Origin: Bugula neritina
Lineage: Eukaryota > Animalia > Bryozoa
NCBI GenBank assembly: GCA_964035545.1
Contig: OZ037772.1
Location: forward strand, 7,548,889-7,612,888
Reading direction: 5' to 3'
DNA length: 64,000 nt
Position 1 is the stretch's first letter, and each line of letters opens with the position of its first letter. Below the pieces are notes generated by a model. That model had not been told where the DNA came from and did not search any database. It saw only the letters and a list, made by a program, of their open reading frames with translations. Position numbers and translations under genes: made by a program. This document shows, piece by piece, positions 14,679 to 27,100 of the stretch.

Positions 14679-17600
14679 GTATAACAGTATATCCTTTGAA
14701 TAATATGCTTATTTGAACATAAGATTGATTTACTGCATGTGGCAAATGTAAGTAGTTTATTGGTTGAACACTTTTTGTTTATTATGCATATTTATGGAAG
14801 TTTCATAGCAACCAGTAAACAGTTCAGATACACAAACATGTGCCAAGTAAGAATCATAGTAATGGCTTAGAGCCAAAAATAATGTTAGTTTATTAATAGA
14901 TGGGATCTTTCTCTTTAGTTGTTGAACTTCAAATCATATTTCTCAACCCTGGCTAACACCTTTCTTAAAATTCATTAGTCTGTGCATTACTTAGCAACCA
15001 GTAAACAAGACATTAGTCACATAACATCTTTTATGTTGGTGCATGTTTTCAGAGTCTCAGAAAAACAATAATAATCACCCGAAATACATTATGAGTTCAA
15101 AGCAAGTTAGGAGAAAGATATTTTCAATGGCAGACAATAAATGTTTACTGAATGAAAGGACAGAAATACTCTAATCATGCTCAATAGCCTAACCTAATTC
15201 AAGTACTGTATGTGTTTTGAACAAATATAGCAACACCAGGTAAACATTTTCAGTTATGAAACTGTGCTTTGATTTCAATCCAGTGTCAGCTAATGCTATT
15301 CGTCAAAGTGTATTGACTACTGAATACAAAAGATTCAATGAGTTTCAACACAATAATAAACATTAATAAAGGCATTTTTAGCTGAATGATTAAATAAAAC
15401 CTGAAGTTTCTTTATTGCAATTTATGAATTGAGCGCATTCTATACATGCAAATGTTAAACTTACGTGATATAATACTGGTTTTATTTAGCACACATCAGT
15501 GACCTACCCTACACTGAGCCATTGCACATGTGAATGAACATTATTAGCAGTTACTAATTCAGTGCTAAAACTGGATGACTATCTTAATATGTAAAGAGAC
15601 ATCTTTAAATGAATACAGGGCTAGCTGTAACTAAACACATATCGCATGCACGCAAGCACGCACGCAAGCGCGCACACATGCACATGAATAGACATATCAC
15701 AATGCACATGCATACACACATACACACCATCAAATTCTGTCAAACATGCAGCTTACATTTCCCATAGAACACATTGCTTGCAAGAAATGTTGGAAGCCGG
15801 CTATATATTAGTAAATATTATTATTAGGCAATAACTTATCGAGTTGTCATTTTTTGCAAAAATGTTTCTCTACTTTGATGTGGTTTGTCACAAAAGTTCT
15901 GTGACATCATTAAAGATATATTAGCTTTTGAGCAGTCAAAGAGAAATATTTTGCCAACATTTATTTCTTGAGTCATATAATTGATTATTGTTCCCTGATA
16001 TGTAGAAAACACAGTACTATCAAGTAGAAGAACTCTTTCTCATTATATAACAATCCATGCTATGATGTAGATGTGGTTTATAGTGATTAAACTCCCATGA
16101 AGTTTTACTGAAATCACTAATCAACCCATTCACTTGTTTTAGGATTAAAAAAAAATTACAAATTAATGTAATTGAAAACTAAAGTTGTAAAATTTGAGCT
16201 GCTGATTTGGTGGTTTTGAAATAATGCTTTCTTTATTTTTAGTGCTTACATACATTAGCAAATATTTTCTTATTAGAGTTACAAGCATGCTTCAGCTGTA
16301 ACGATTCAACAGTAAAAATTAATATTTCAAAAGAAAATAAATGTCACTGGCAGCCAGTTTAGGAGTTTTATCTTTAGCACAGTGGATCAGTTATAGGCCT
16401 ACTATAGGCTACATGCATAAGAAACAATTTAAAATACTGATTTTTCTCTTTTTAAACTGTGTTGCACTTCTTTTATTTAAGTTATGACTAGTATTATATG
16501 GTATTTCACGGCTACCCCACAGTATAGAGGTCATGTGTAACATTCAAGGTCTAATAATTTTAACATGATGTAGTTTTTTGGCTTTCTCTGTTAATGTTAA
16601 CTGTAATAAATAGTATTTTCTCTCTGTTTTTTGTTCTATGGCTCTATTGCTATAGTTGTTTTATTTCCGCCTTTAGTTTAAGTAGTTCCATATTTTCACT
16701 TTGTTTTGAAGAGGCCATAAGAAAGGCAATCTAGTCAATTATTGTAGACTAAGATTCTTTTATATACTTCTTATAAGCTATAATGACTATGAGTGGTTAT
16801 TGGATTGTTAAGCAGTTTTTTGGCATATATTATGTGTACCTATTATGTATAGTGTATCAACTACATACATGTATATATGCATAGTTCATACGTGGAATAG
16901 TATATATAATATATAGTATATTCGGTGAATAGTATATTTATTTGAATATCAAACTGATTCATGGCATGTGGCCAATGAGAATAGTGTGATTGAATACTTC
17001 TTGTTTGTTTCACATATTCAGGGCAGTTTCATATCAACCTGTAAACAGTTCAGATACAAAAACATGTGTTAAATAATAATCAGACATTGGCTTAGAGCCA
17101 AAAAATGTTCAGACTAATAATAGATGGGATATTTCTCTTTAGTTGTTGAACTTCAAATCATATTTCTCAACCCTAGCCAGCACCTTTCTTAAAATTCAAT
17201 ATCATTTGCATTACTTAGCAACCAGTAAACATATAAATCATATAACATCTTTTATGTTGGTGCATGTTTTTAGAGCCTAAGCAAAGGATAATGGCATGCA
17301 GACTTCATTGTATTGCTAAGAAGGCTTTCATTTGTGCAGCTGAATGGGGTTGATAAGAATCTAAAATGGAAAACCAAGAAACTTAATTCACCATAAAGTA
17401 AGTTGCTTACACTTCAGAAGTAACATATTTTTCAAACAGGCAACTATGGTAATTAGTTATTCATTTTTGAACAGTTTACACTTTAGATTAAGGTTGTTTG
17501 ACATGAGTGGCTAATATAATTTGTGTATAGAGTGTGAACCTTAGCAAAATGTAAAAGCAATCATTGCAATACCAATATTGTTTTTGCACCACTAACACAA

Positions 17601-18119
17601 AGTGGTGCAAACTGTTTTACCTATATGGTTAGCTATGATAAATTGAGCAGTGATTGTAATTAATGATAAAGTATACATACAACTCATGGCAATTGAACTG
17701 TTGCTTCCAAAAATAGTAACATATCTTGATATTCATAACTGGGCTTTGTTCAAACCTAATATGCACTTGATTTGATTACATGTATGATTGACCAAAAAGC
17801 ACTGGTTTACCTGATGAAAACCAAATGATTTAATAAATAAGTTTGATAGATGCTGCAGGAAGTTAAAAGTATTTTCAACCATTCATGACAAACAAATGAT
17901 ATTTGTGTTGCATATAGTAACCATCGGTTAAGTACCGTAATGATGAGTAGAGAAGCCTTTGTTTTACATTCATTTACGATTATCTGTTATACAACATTTA
18001 AAAAATTAAGCATAATATACATCAATAAAATCCACACACTTCTAAATTATTACCTTAGCTTTTTCAAAGAGCCAATGGTAACTTTTTTTACAGAAAAGTC
18101 CTAAAATAGAAATTGAAAC

Positions 18120-21100
18120 ATGGCTGAAAAAACACTACACACAGTCTCAAATCGCGAAGAAGCACAATTACTTGTAGAATCAGTTGAGATTGGGGAAAGA
18201 AAAAATTACTTACTTTCTGTTAATGAAAAAATGCGCACAGCTCTTCATGTTTTGGCCTACAAAGAAAAGGCTGAAGTTGTTGAATATGTTTGTAGCATAT
18301 TTCCTAAATATGACGAACTTTTATTAGCTAAAGATTTAAGTGGCAGAACAGTTTTGCATTACGCTAAAACAAAAAGAGTAGCTAAAATACTTGTCGAATC
18401 GACTTCACAGAAGCAACGAAAGAGTTTCGTGATTGCTGCAAATAAGTTCCAATGGACAGCATTGCATGAAGCTGCTATGAATAGCAGGACCGATGTGGTA
18501 GAATATCTCTGTAGTTTACCAGAAAAAGATGAGTTGGTGTTAGCAAAAAATAACAATGGCTGGACAGCCCTTCATTATTCCTCAAATCAAGAGACTGCTC
18601 AATTACTGGTAGAGTCAGTTGCACCTGAGAAACAGAGAAATTTTATTTTATCAGTTACAGACAATCAGCGGACAGTATTGCATGTAGCTGCTAGCAATGG
18701 TCGAACAGACGTGGTAGAATATCTCTGTGGTTTACCAGTGAAAGATGAATTACTTTTTGCGAAAGATAACAATGGCTGGACTGCCCTTCATCGTTCTTCA
18801 GAAAAGAAGATAGCCCAATCAATAATAGAGTCAACTACACCAGAAAAACAGAAAGATCTCATATTGTTAGTTGATGACAATAAATGCACAGTATTACATT
18901 TAGCTGCTCTAAGTGGTAAAACAGATGTGGTAGAATATCTCTGTAGTTTACCAGTGAAAGATGAATTACTCTTTGCGAAAGATAACAATGGCTGGACTGC
19001 CCTTCATCGTTCTTCAGAAAAGAAGATAGCCCAATCAATAATAGAGTCAACTACACCAGAAAAACAGAAAGATCTCATATTGTTAGTTGATGACAATAAA
19101 TGCACAGTATTACATTTAGCTGCTCTAAGTGGTAAAACAGATGTGGTAGAATATCTCTGTAGTTTACCAGTGAAAGATGAATTACTCTTTGCGAAAGATA
19201 ACAATGGCTGGACAGCCCTTTATTATTCCTCAAATCAAGAGACTGCTCAATCACTGGTAGAGTCAGTCATAAGTGAGAGACAGAGAAATCTTATATTTTC
19301 AGTTACAGATGATCAGAGGACAGTTTTACATATAGCTGCTAGCATTGGTAAAACAGATGTGGTAGAATATCTCTGTAGTTTATCAGTGAAAGATAAGTGG
19401 GTATTCGCAAAAGATAACAATGGCTGGACAGCACTTCATTTTTCCTTAAATCAAAAGACTGCTCAATTGCTGGTAGAATCAATCACGCCTAGGAGACAGA
19501 GAGACTTTATATTATCAGTTACTAATAATCAGAAGACAGCATTGCATGTAGCTGCGGGATTGGATAGAACAGATGTGGTAGAATATCTCTGTAGTTTACC
19601 AGGTAAAGATGGATTACTCTTTGCAAAAGATAATGAAGGCTGGACTGCACTTCATTATTCCCCAAATCAAAAGACTGCTCAATTACTGGTGGAGTCAGTC
19701 ACAAGTGAGAGCAAGAAAAGTTTTATATTTTCAGTTACAGATGATCAGCAGACAGTATTGCATGTAGCTGCTAGCAATGGTCGAACAGATGTGGTAGAAT
19801 ATCTCTGCAGTTTACCAGTGAAAGAGGCATTGCTATTGAGAAAAGATAAACATTCTCGGAATGCTCTTCATTATTCGTCAAATAAGAAAATAGCCCAATC
19901 AATCATAGAGTCAATTACACCAGAAAAACAAAAAGATCTCATATTGTTAGTTGATGACAATAAATGCACAGTATTACATTTAGCTGCTCTAAGTGGTGAA
20001 ACAGATGTGGTAGAATATCTCTGTAGTTTACCAGTGAAAGATGAGTTGGTGTTAGCAAAAAATAACAATGGCTGGACAGCCCTTCATTATTCCTCAAATC
20101 AAGAGACTGCTCAATTACTGGTGGAGTCAGTCACAAGTGAGAGCAAGAAAAGTTTTATATTTTCAGTTACAGATGATCAGCAGACAGTATTGCATGTAGC
20201 TGCTAGCAATGGTCGAACAGATGTGGTAGAATATCTCTGCAGTTTATCAGTGAAAGAGGCATTGCTATTGAGAAAAGATAAACATTCTCGGAATGCTCTT
20301 CATTATTCGTCAAATAAGAAAATAGCCCAATCAATCATAGAGTCAATTACACCAGAAAAACAAAAAGATCTCATATTGTTAGTTGATGACAATAAATGCA
20401 CAGTATTACATTTAGCTGCTCTAAGTGGTAAAACAGATGTGGTAGAATATCTCTGTAGTTTACCAGTGAAAGATGAATTACTCTTTGCGAAAGATAACCA
20501 TGGCTGGACTGCCCTTCATTGTTCTTCAGAAAAGAAGATAGCCCAATCAATAATAGAGTCAACTACACCAGAAAAACAGAAAGATTTCATATTGTTAGTT
20601 GATGACAATAAATGCACAGTATTACATTTAGCTGCTCTAAGTGGTAAAACAGATGTAGTAGAATACCTCTGTAGTTTACCAGTGAAAGATGAGTTGGTGT
20701 TAGCAAAAAATAACAATGGCTGGACAGCCCTTCATTATTCCTCAAATCAAGAGACTGCTCAATTACTGGTAGAGTCAGTTGCACCTGAGAAACAGAGAAA
20801 TTTTATTTTATCAGTTACAGATGATCAGCAGACAGTATTGCATGTAGCTGCTAGCATTGGTCGAACAGATGTGGTAGAATATCTCTGTAGTTTACCAGTG
20901 AAAGATGAATTACTCTTTGCGAAAGATAACAATGGCTGGACTGCCCTTCATCGTTCTTCAGAAAAGAAGATAGCCCAATCAATCATAGAGTCAACTGCAC
21001 CAGAAAAACAGAAAGATTTCATATTGTTAGTTGATGACAATAAATGCACAGTATTACATTTAGCTGCTCTAAGTGGTAAAACAGATGTAGTAGAATACCT

Positions 21101-24100
21101 CTGTAGTTTACCAGTGAAAGATGAGTTGGTGTTAGCAAAAAATAACAATGGCTGGACAGCCCTTCATTATTCCTCAAATCAAGAGACTGCTCAATTACTG
21201 GTAGAGTCAGTTGCACCTGAGAAACAGAGAAATTTTATTTTATCAGTTACAGATGATCAGCAGACAGTATTGCATGTAGCTGCTAGCATTGGTCGAACAG
21301 ATGTGGTAGAATATCTCTGTAGTTTACCAGTGAAAGATGATTTGGAATTTGTAAAAGACAATAAATGCCAGACTGCTCTTTTTTACTCCTCAAGTACGAA
21401 GATAACCCATGCAATCATAGAGTCAACTAAAGCAGAGAAACAAAAAGATCTCATACTATCAGTTGATAAAAATAAGCAGACAGTTTTACACGTAGCTGCT
21501 AGCAATGGTAGAACAGATATGGTAGAATATCTCTGTAGTTTACCAGTGAAAGATAAGTTGGTATTCGAAAAAGATAATAATGGCTGGACAGCACTTCATT
21601 GTTGTTCTAATCACAAAACTGCCCAATCACTCGTAGAATCAATTGTGCCTGGGAGACAGAAGGATCTCATATTATTAGTCGATGAAAATAAATGCACAGC
21701 ATTACATTTAGCTGCTCTAAGTGGTAAAACAGATGTGGTAGAATATCTCTGTAGTTTACCAGTGAAAGATAAGTTGGTATTCGAAAAAGATAACAATGGC
21801 TTGACAGCACTTCATTGTTGTTCTAATCACAAAACTGCCCAATCACTCGTAGAATCAATTGTGCCTGGGAGACAGAAGGATCTCATATTATTAGTCAATG
21901 AAAATAAATGCACAGCATTACATTTAGCTGCTCTAAGTGGTAAAACAGATGTGGTAGAATATCTCTGTAGTTTACCAGTGAAAGATAAGTTGGTATTCGA
22001 AAAAGATAACAATGGCTGGACAGCACTTCATTGTTGTTCTAATCACAAAACTGCCCAATCACTCGTAGAATCAATTGTGCCTGGGAGACAGAGAGACTTT
22101 ATATTATCAGTTACTAATAATCAGAAAACAGCATTACATTTAGCTGCTCTAAGTGGTAAAACAGATGTGGTAGAATATCTCTGTAGTTTACCAGTGAAAG
22201 ATAAGTTGGTATTCGAAAAAGATAACAATGGCTGGACAGCACTTCATTGTTGTTCTAATCACAAAACTGCCCAATCACTCGTAGAATCAATTGTGCCTGG
22301 GAGACAGAAGGATCTCATATTATTAGTCGATGAAAATAAATGCACAGCATTACATTTAGCTGCTCTAAGTGGTAAAACAGATGTGGTAGAATATCTCTGT
22401 AGTTTACCAGTGAAAGATAAGTTGGTATTCGAAAAAGATAACAATGGCTTGACAGCACTTCATTGTTGTTCTAATCACAAAACTGCCCAATCACTCGTAG
22501 AATCAATTGTGCCTGGGAGACAGAGAGACTTTATATTATCAGTTACTAATAATCAGAAAACAGCATTACATGTAGCTGCTAGCGAGGGTAGGACAGATGT
22601 AGTAGAATATCTGTGTGGTTTACCAGTAAAAGATGAGCTGGTATTAAAACAGGATGACACAGGTTGGACAGCCCTTCATTATTCTTCAAATCAGAAAATA
22701 GCCCAATCACTTGTGGAATCACAAGAGCCTGAGAAACAGGAAAAATTTATTCTGTCTGTTGCAAAGGATCAGCATACAGCATTACATGTAGCTGCTAGCA
22801 AGGGTAGGACAGATGTAGTAGAATATCTGTGTGGTTTACCAGTAAAAGATGAGCTGGTATTAAAACAGGATGACACAGGTTGGACAGCCCTTCATTATTC
22901 TTCAAATCAGAAAATGGCGCAATCACTTGTGGAATCACAAGAGCCTGAGAAACAGGAAAAATTTATTCTGTCTGTTGCAAAGGATCAGCATACAGCATTA
23001 CATGTAGCTGCTAGCAAGGGTAGGACAGATGTAGTAGAATATCTGTGTGGTTTACCAGTAAAAGATGAGCTGGTATTAAAACAGGATGACACAGGTTGGA
23101 CAGCCCTTCATTATTCTTCAAATCAGAAAATAGCCCAATCACTTGTGGAATCACAAGAGCCTGAGAAACAGGAAAAATTTATTCTGTCTGTTGCAAAGGA
23201 TCAGCGTACAGCATTACATGTAGCTGCTAGCAAGGGTAGGACAGATGTAGTAGAATATCTGTGTGGTTTACCAGTAAAAGATAAGCTGGTATTACAACAG
23301 GATGACACAGGTTGGACAGCCCTTCATTATTCTGCAAATAAACAAGTAACTCTTTTGCTAGTGCAGTCTTTAGCACCAACAAAACAGAGATACTTTGTAT
23401 ACATGTTAAACAAGGAGAAGTCTACTGCATTACATGCAGCTGCTGAAAATGGTAAAGCCGATGTAGTAGAATATCTCTGTAGATTATATCAAAACAACGA
23501 TGAGCTGATACTGAAGAGAGATAATAATGGGAATACTGCATTGCATGTTTCGAAAAGTGGAGAAATTGTGAAAACGTTTTTAGAATCTCTTACAAAAGAG
23601 CAGCAAACCAACCTTTTTTTGGCTAGAAACAAATCACAACAAACAGCATTGCACACTGCTGCCAGTTTCAGCAAGACTGAGGTCATAGAATACATTTGTA
23701 AATTTGAAAATGTTGATTATCTACTTTGCATTAAAGATAGGACTAGCAGAACTGCTCTATACTACATTGACAACAAAAGTGTAGCGGAAATATTAGTTAA
23801 ATTTGCAAGAGAAGATTGCAAAGCTAAGTTGTTAGCAGCTGTTGACAAAGATGGACAAACAATATTGCACAGATTTGCTAAACTTTCTAAAGCTGATGTA
23901 GTAGAATATTTTTGTAGTTTACTTAGTGATGATGAGTTAATACTCAAAAAAGACAATTTTGGTCGAACAGCTTTACACTATGCAAATAATAAGCATGTTG
24001 CTAAAACTCTGCTCACATGTGTCGCTTCACAAAATAAAGAAAAGTTTATATTGTCTGCTGACTACTCTGGGTTAACAGCATTACATGTAGCTGCGGCCAC

Positions 24101-27100
24101 TAGTCAAACCTCTGATCTGGTAGAATATTTTTGTGGATTAAGCATTGCTGGCGATAAATTGCTTCTACATAAAGACATACGCGGCAATTCTGTTTTGCAT
24201 TGCGCTAACAATAGCAAAGTCGCGAAAGTGCTCATAAAATCGGTTGCACTGGATAAGCAAAAGAGCTTCCTTTTTTCTCTCGATATAAATCAGTGCACAG
24301 CATTGCATAATGCTGCTTTATCTTTTCGAACTGATGTTGTCAAGTTCTTCTGCAGTTTACCCCTAGTTGACAATAAATTTATATTTCTAAAAGACGGGCT
24401 TGGCCGTACAGCTTTACATTATGCTCAAAACAGAGAATCAGCAGAAGCTATTGTAGAATCAGTTTCACCACCAGCAAGGCAGAGAGATCTTCTCTTTTCA
24501 AGAGATGAAAACAAATGGACACCATTGCATCATGCAGCTTCGCATTTAGTTGGGCCAGATCTAGTAGAATATCTTTGCAAAATCTCAGTAGAAAATTATG
24601 AGCTGATATCCGCTCAAAATTCGTATGGTCAAACAGCGTTGCACATTGCAGGGAACGCACACGCAGTAAGATCCATTCTTTTTTATCTACACCTTGAACA
24701 GTTACCATTACTGCTTATTAGAGAGGATAATGCAGGAAACACACCTATTCTCTCATTAGCATTCTCAGGAAATGTTAATGCTTTGAAAGTTCTTCTTAAG
24801 CATATTGATGATCAGTGTGAGCCAGAAATAATGTCACTATGCTTACAAAAACACAACAAACTGAAACAGAACATTTTACACCTTGCAGCTTTGTCACCAT
24901 GTCTTGACCAACTCCATGATGTTTTGATAGACTATTTATACAGTGTGGATATGAGCAGCATGATGTATCTTGATGTTTATGGTAACACCCCATTACACTA
25001 TGTAGCTGCCAAGTATAGCACCAAAATATTTGCTGACTTTATGTTGCACCTTCCTTTGACATTGAGAAAGTATGTTGTGGATTGTCCAAATCAGCAGAAA
25101 ACTACATGTCACTCAATCATTGCTAGATCTCGTTTTGATACTAGATATTATGTTGATAAGGTTCTAGGAGGTGATGCAGCAGGTTTAGCAGAAATAGGCA
25201 ACGCTACATCTTTATTCGGTATATTTGCAACTATATCAAAACACCTCGTTTGCCCTGTCCCATACGCATATAATGAAGATATTTTCAAAGTATTGCAGCA
25301 TACTCTAAATCAATACCTACTGCCATGCATCTCTGTACATGATGAAACAACTAAACTGTTACCTGCAGCTGCTGCTACAAGAACTAAAACAGAACGATGC
25401 CTTCAAAAAAAAGGAAAAGTAAGTTACCTGAAACATTTTCAACAATTTTCTCACCAATTATTTTTTGACCGTCACTGATTAAACTTATAGTTTGTATAGT
25501 TATCATACAGTTTAAAAAACAACTTCCACTGCTGTTAATATCAAACAACAATCGTGTAGATAGTTATGTGAAACTATGATATACAAACTCCAGCTTATAT
25601 TCTCAGCATCTCTGTTCAACCTACAACATATGTTTTTGTAGTAAATAATTTTTAAAAGCTTCTTGAAAAGCTAGACTAGCACTAAATATTGTCCAATTGT
25701 GTTTACATTATATCTTTATTTAAGTTCCGATAGTTTATAATTTCTTCAAATAAACTTTTCTAATCAAGGATTTTTGCTAGTTGGCAATATACAATTTCGA
25801 ACAGTTGTGCTAATTGAAGTTGCTCAAAAGTTACTTTTCAACTTTATTTCATAATATGAAAAATTAGATACGAAAAGTTATCAAAAGCAATCGCGATAGA
25901 AAACTGTAGGATGTCAAAAACTAGCCAGTTTTATTCAGATTGCTGAAAAGTTTTAAAACTTCCTACATTAGGCTTTGAAATTGTGTCCTATATTTACATC
26001 ATTATGAAACATACAGTTGAACTCTACATTATATTGGATTCTGATAGATATCAAGTGATGTACAGGGGTACTTATTGATAGTGGTAAACACAACTGATGT
26101 GGAAGGATCAAAACAGGATGTAGTGCAAAATAGACTCAAAAACATGGATTACTCTGAATACCATGGCAAACCTAAGGTATCATGTCTATTTGTCCAACCA
26201 GAGGATATAAGTGTGTTTTTCAATTTCAATGTATTTGTATTGGTTATCTTACCCAGTATGCAGTTAGCACTATAATTTACAAGTTTGCTTTAAATACAAA
26301 TTGGAATTACATGGTAAATTTTGCAATGTAAATTACTGAAGATTGGGTGATTTTTGTTAAAAGGGTTTCTCTTTTTGTTTTTTCATACATTATAGATAGC
26401 AGTTATACGAAGTTCTGCAACGGAACCAAATCTGAACTTGATACCGCCAGGTCCTGATTATCTGATACTCTCAGTGAATTATAACACAGCTGAATACACA
26501 AGGTAACACTAGAAACAAATAATCAACCCATAAAGTGATTGACTTGATGTGTTTTCACTTTAGTTTACATGTTATTTTTTATACAACAAACTTTCAAGAA
26601 CTTTTTTGCTCAGGAATCCGGTACAAGATGTCGAAAAACACAACTCTATTCAATCATTTATTTCTGAGCTCAGCTGTTGTCCTGATGTACAGAAAGTGAA
26701 TGTAAACTCAACTCTGAACAAGATATACATCAGAGGAAAAAATAAGTGTCTTGCAGATGGTTGTAAAGTGAGTTATAAACCAATTGATGATCCAATGCAA
26801 GCTGAATCTAATGAGAAAAAGTCCAAAGCATTGATAATTTGCAATCAATTTAAAATCAGAGATGGAATGACTCCAGAAAACCTAAAAACAACAAAGTCTC
26901 GCAAGACTACCTTAAAATTGGCCCAGACAGTATTTGAAGATTATTGGGACTTTGAGGTAATGACTTTCTAATGACATATGTTATTTATCATAATCAAAGC
27001 ATGCATAATTGAAAATATGTTAATCTAAATTGTACTTATTAGTAATAATCCAAATCTGAATGCTGATCAAAATTTCAACTTTCCATAATTCTCAGATATA

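Larger units (their letters stand above)
8442..17232 (+). promoter_or_regulatory. About 12 dispersed copies of a composite X-box (RFX)-like + forkhead-like motif GTTTCATAGCAACC(T/A)GTAAACA
   Basis: Copies or variants near 8442, 8629, 8825, 10082, 10261, 13307, 13497, 13693, 14800, 14991, 17026, 17213. Resembles GTTNCCATRGCAAC and RTAAACA consensus sites. Function is inferred only. Confidence 0.4.
5730..17960. repeat. Mosaic tandem segmental duplication (about 3 diverged copies of a 4-5 kb non-coding unit) between the two caspase-like genes
   Basis: 8170-9660 recurs at 13036-14510 and more loosely at 17000-17960. 11700-12700 recurs at 15730-16750. 5730-6240 recurs at 15130-15640. Confidence 0.88.

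Noticed and set aside
18359-24993. Many short repeated minus-strand ORFs
   Set aside because: Antisense shadows of the periodic ankyrin exon.
25419-25478. C-terminus of the 2452-aa ORF as the true protein end
   Set aside because: Read-through past a consensus donor (GTAAGT) that joins in phase to the caspase exons; an intron-retained ankyrin-only isoform cannot be excluded.
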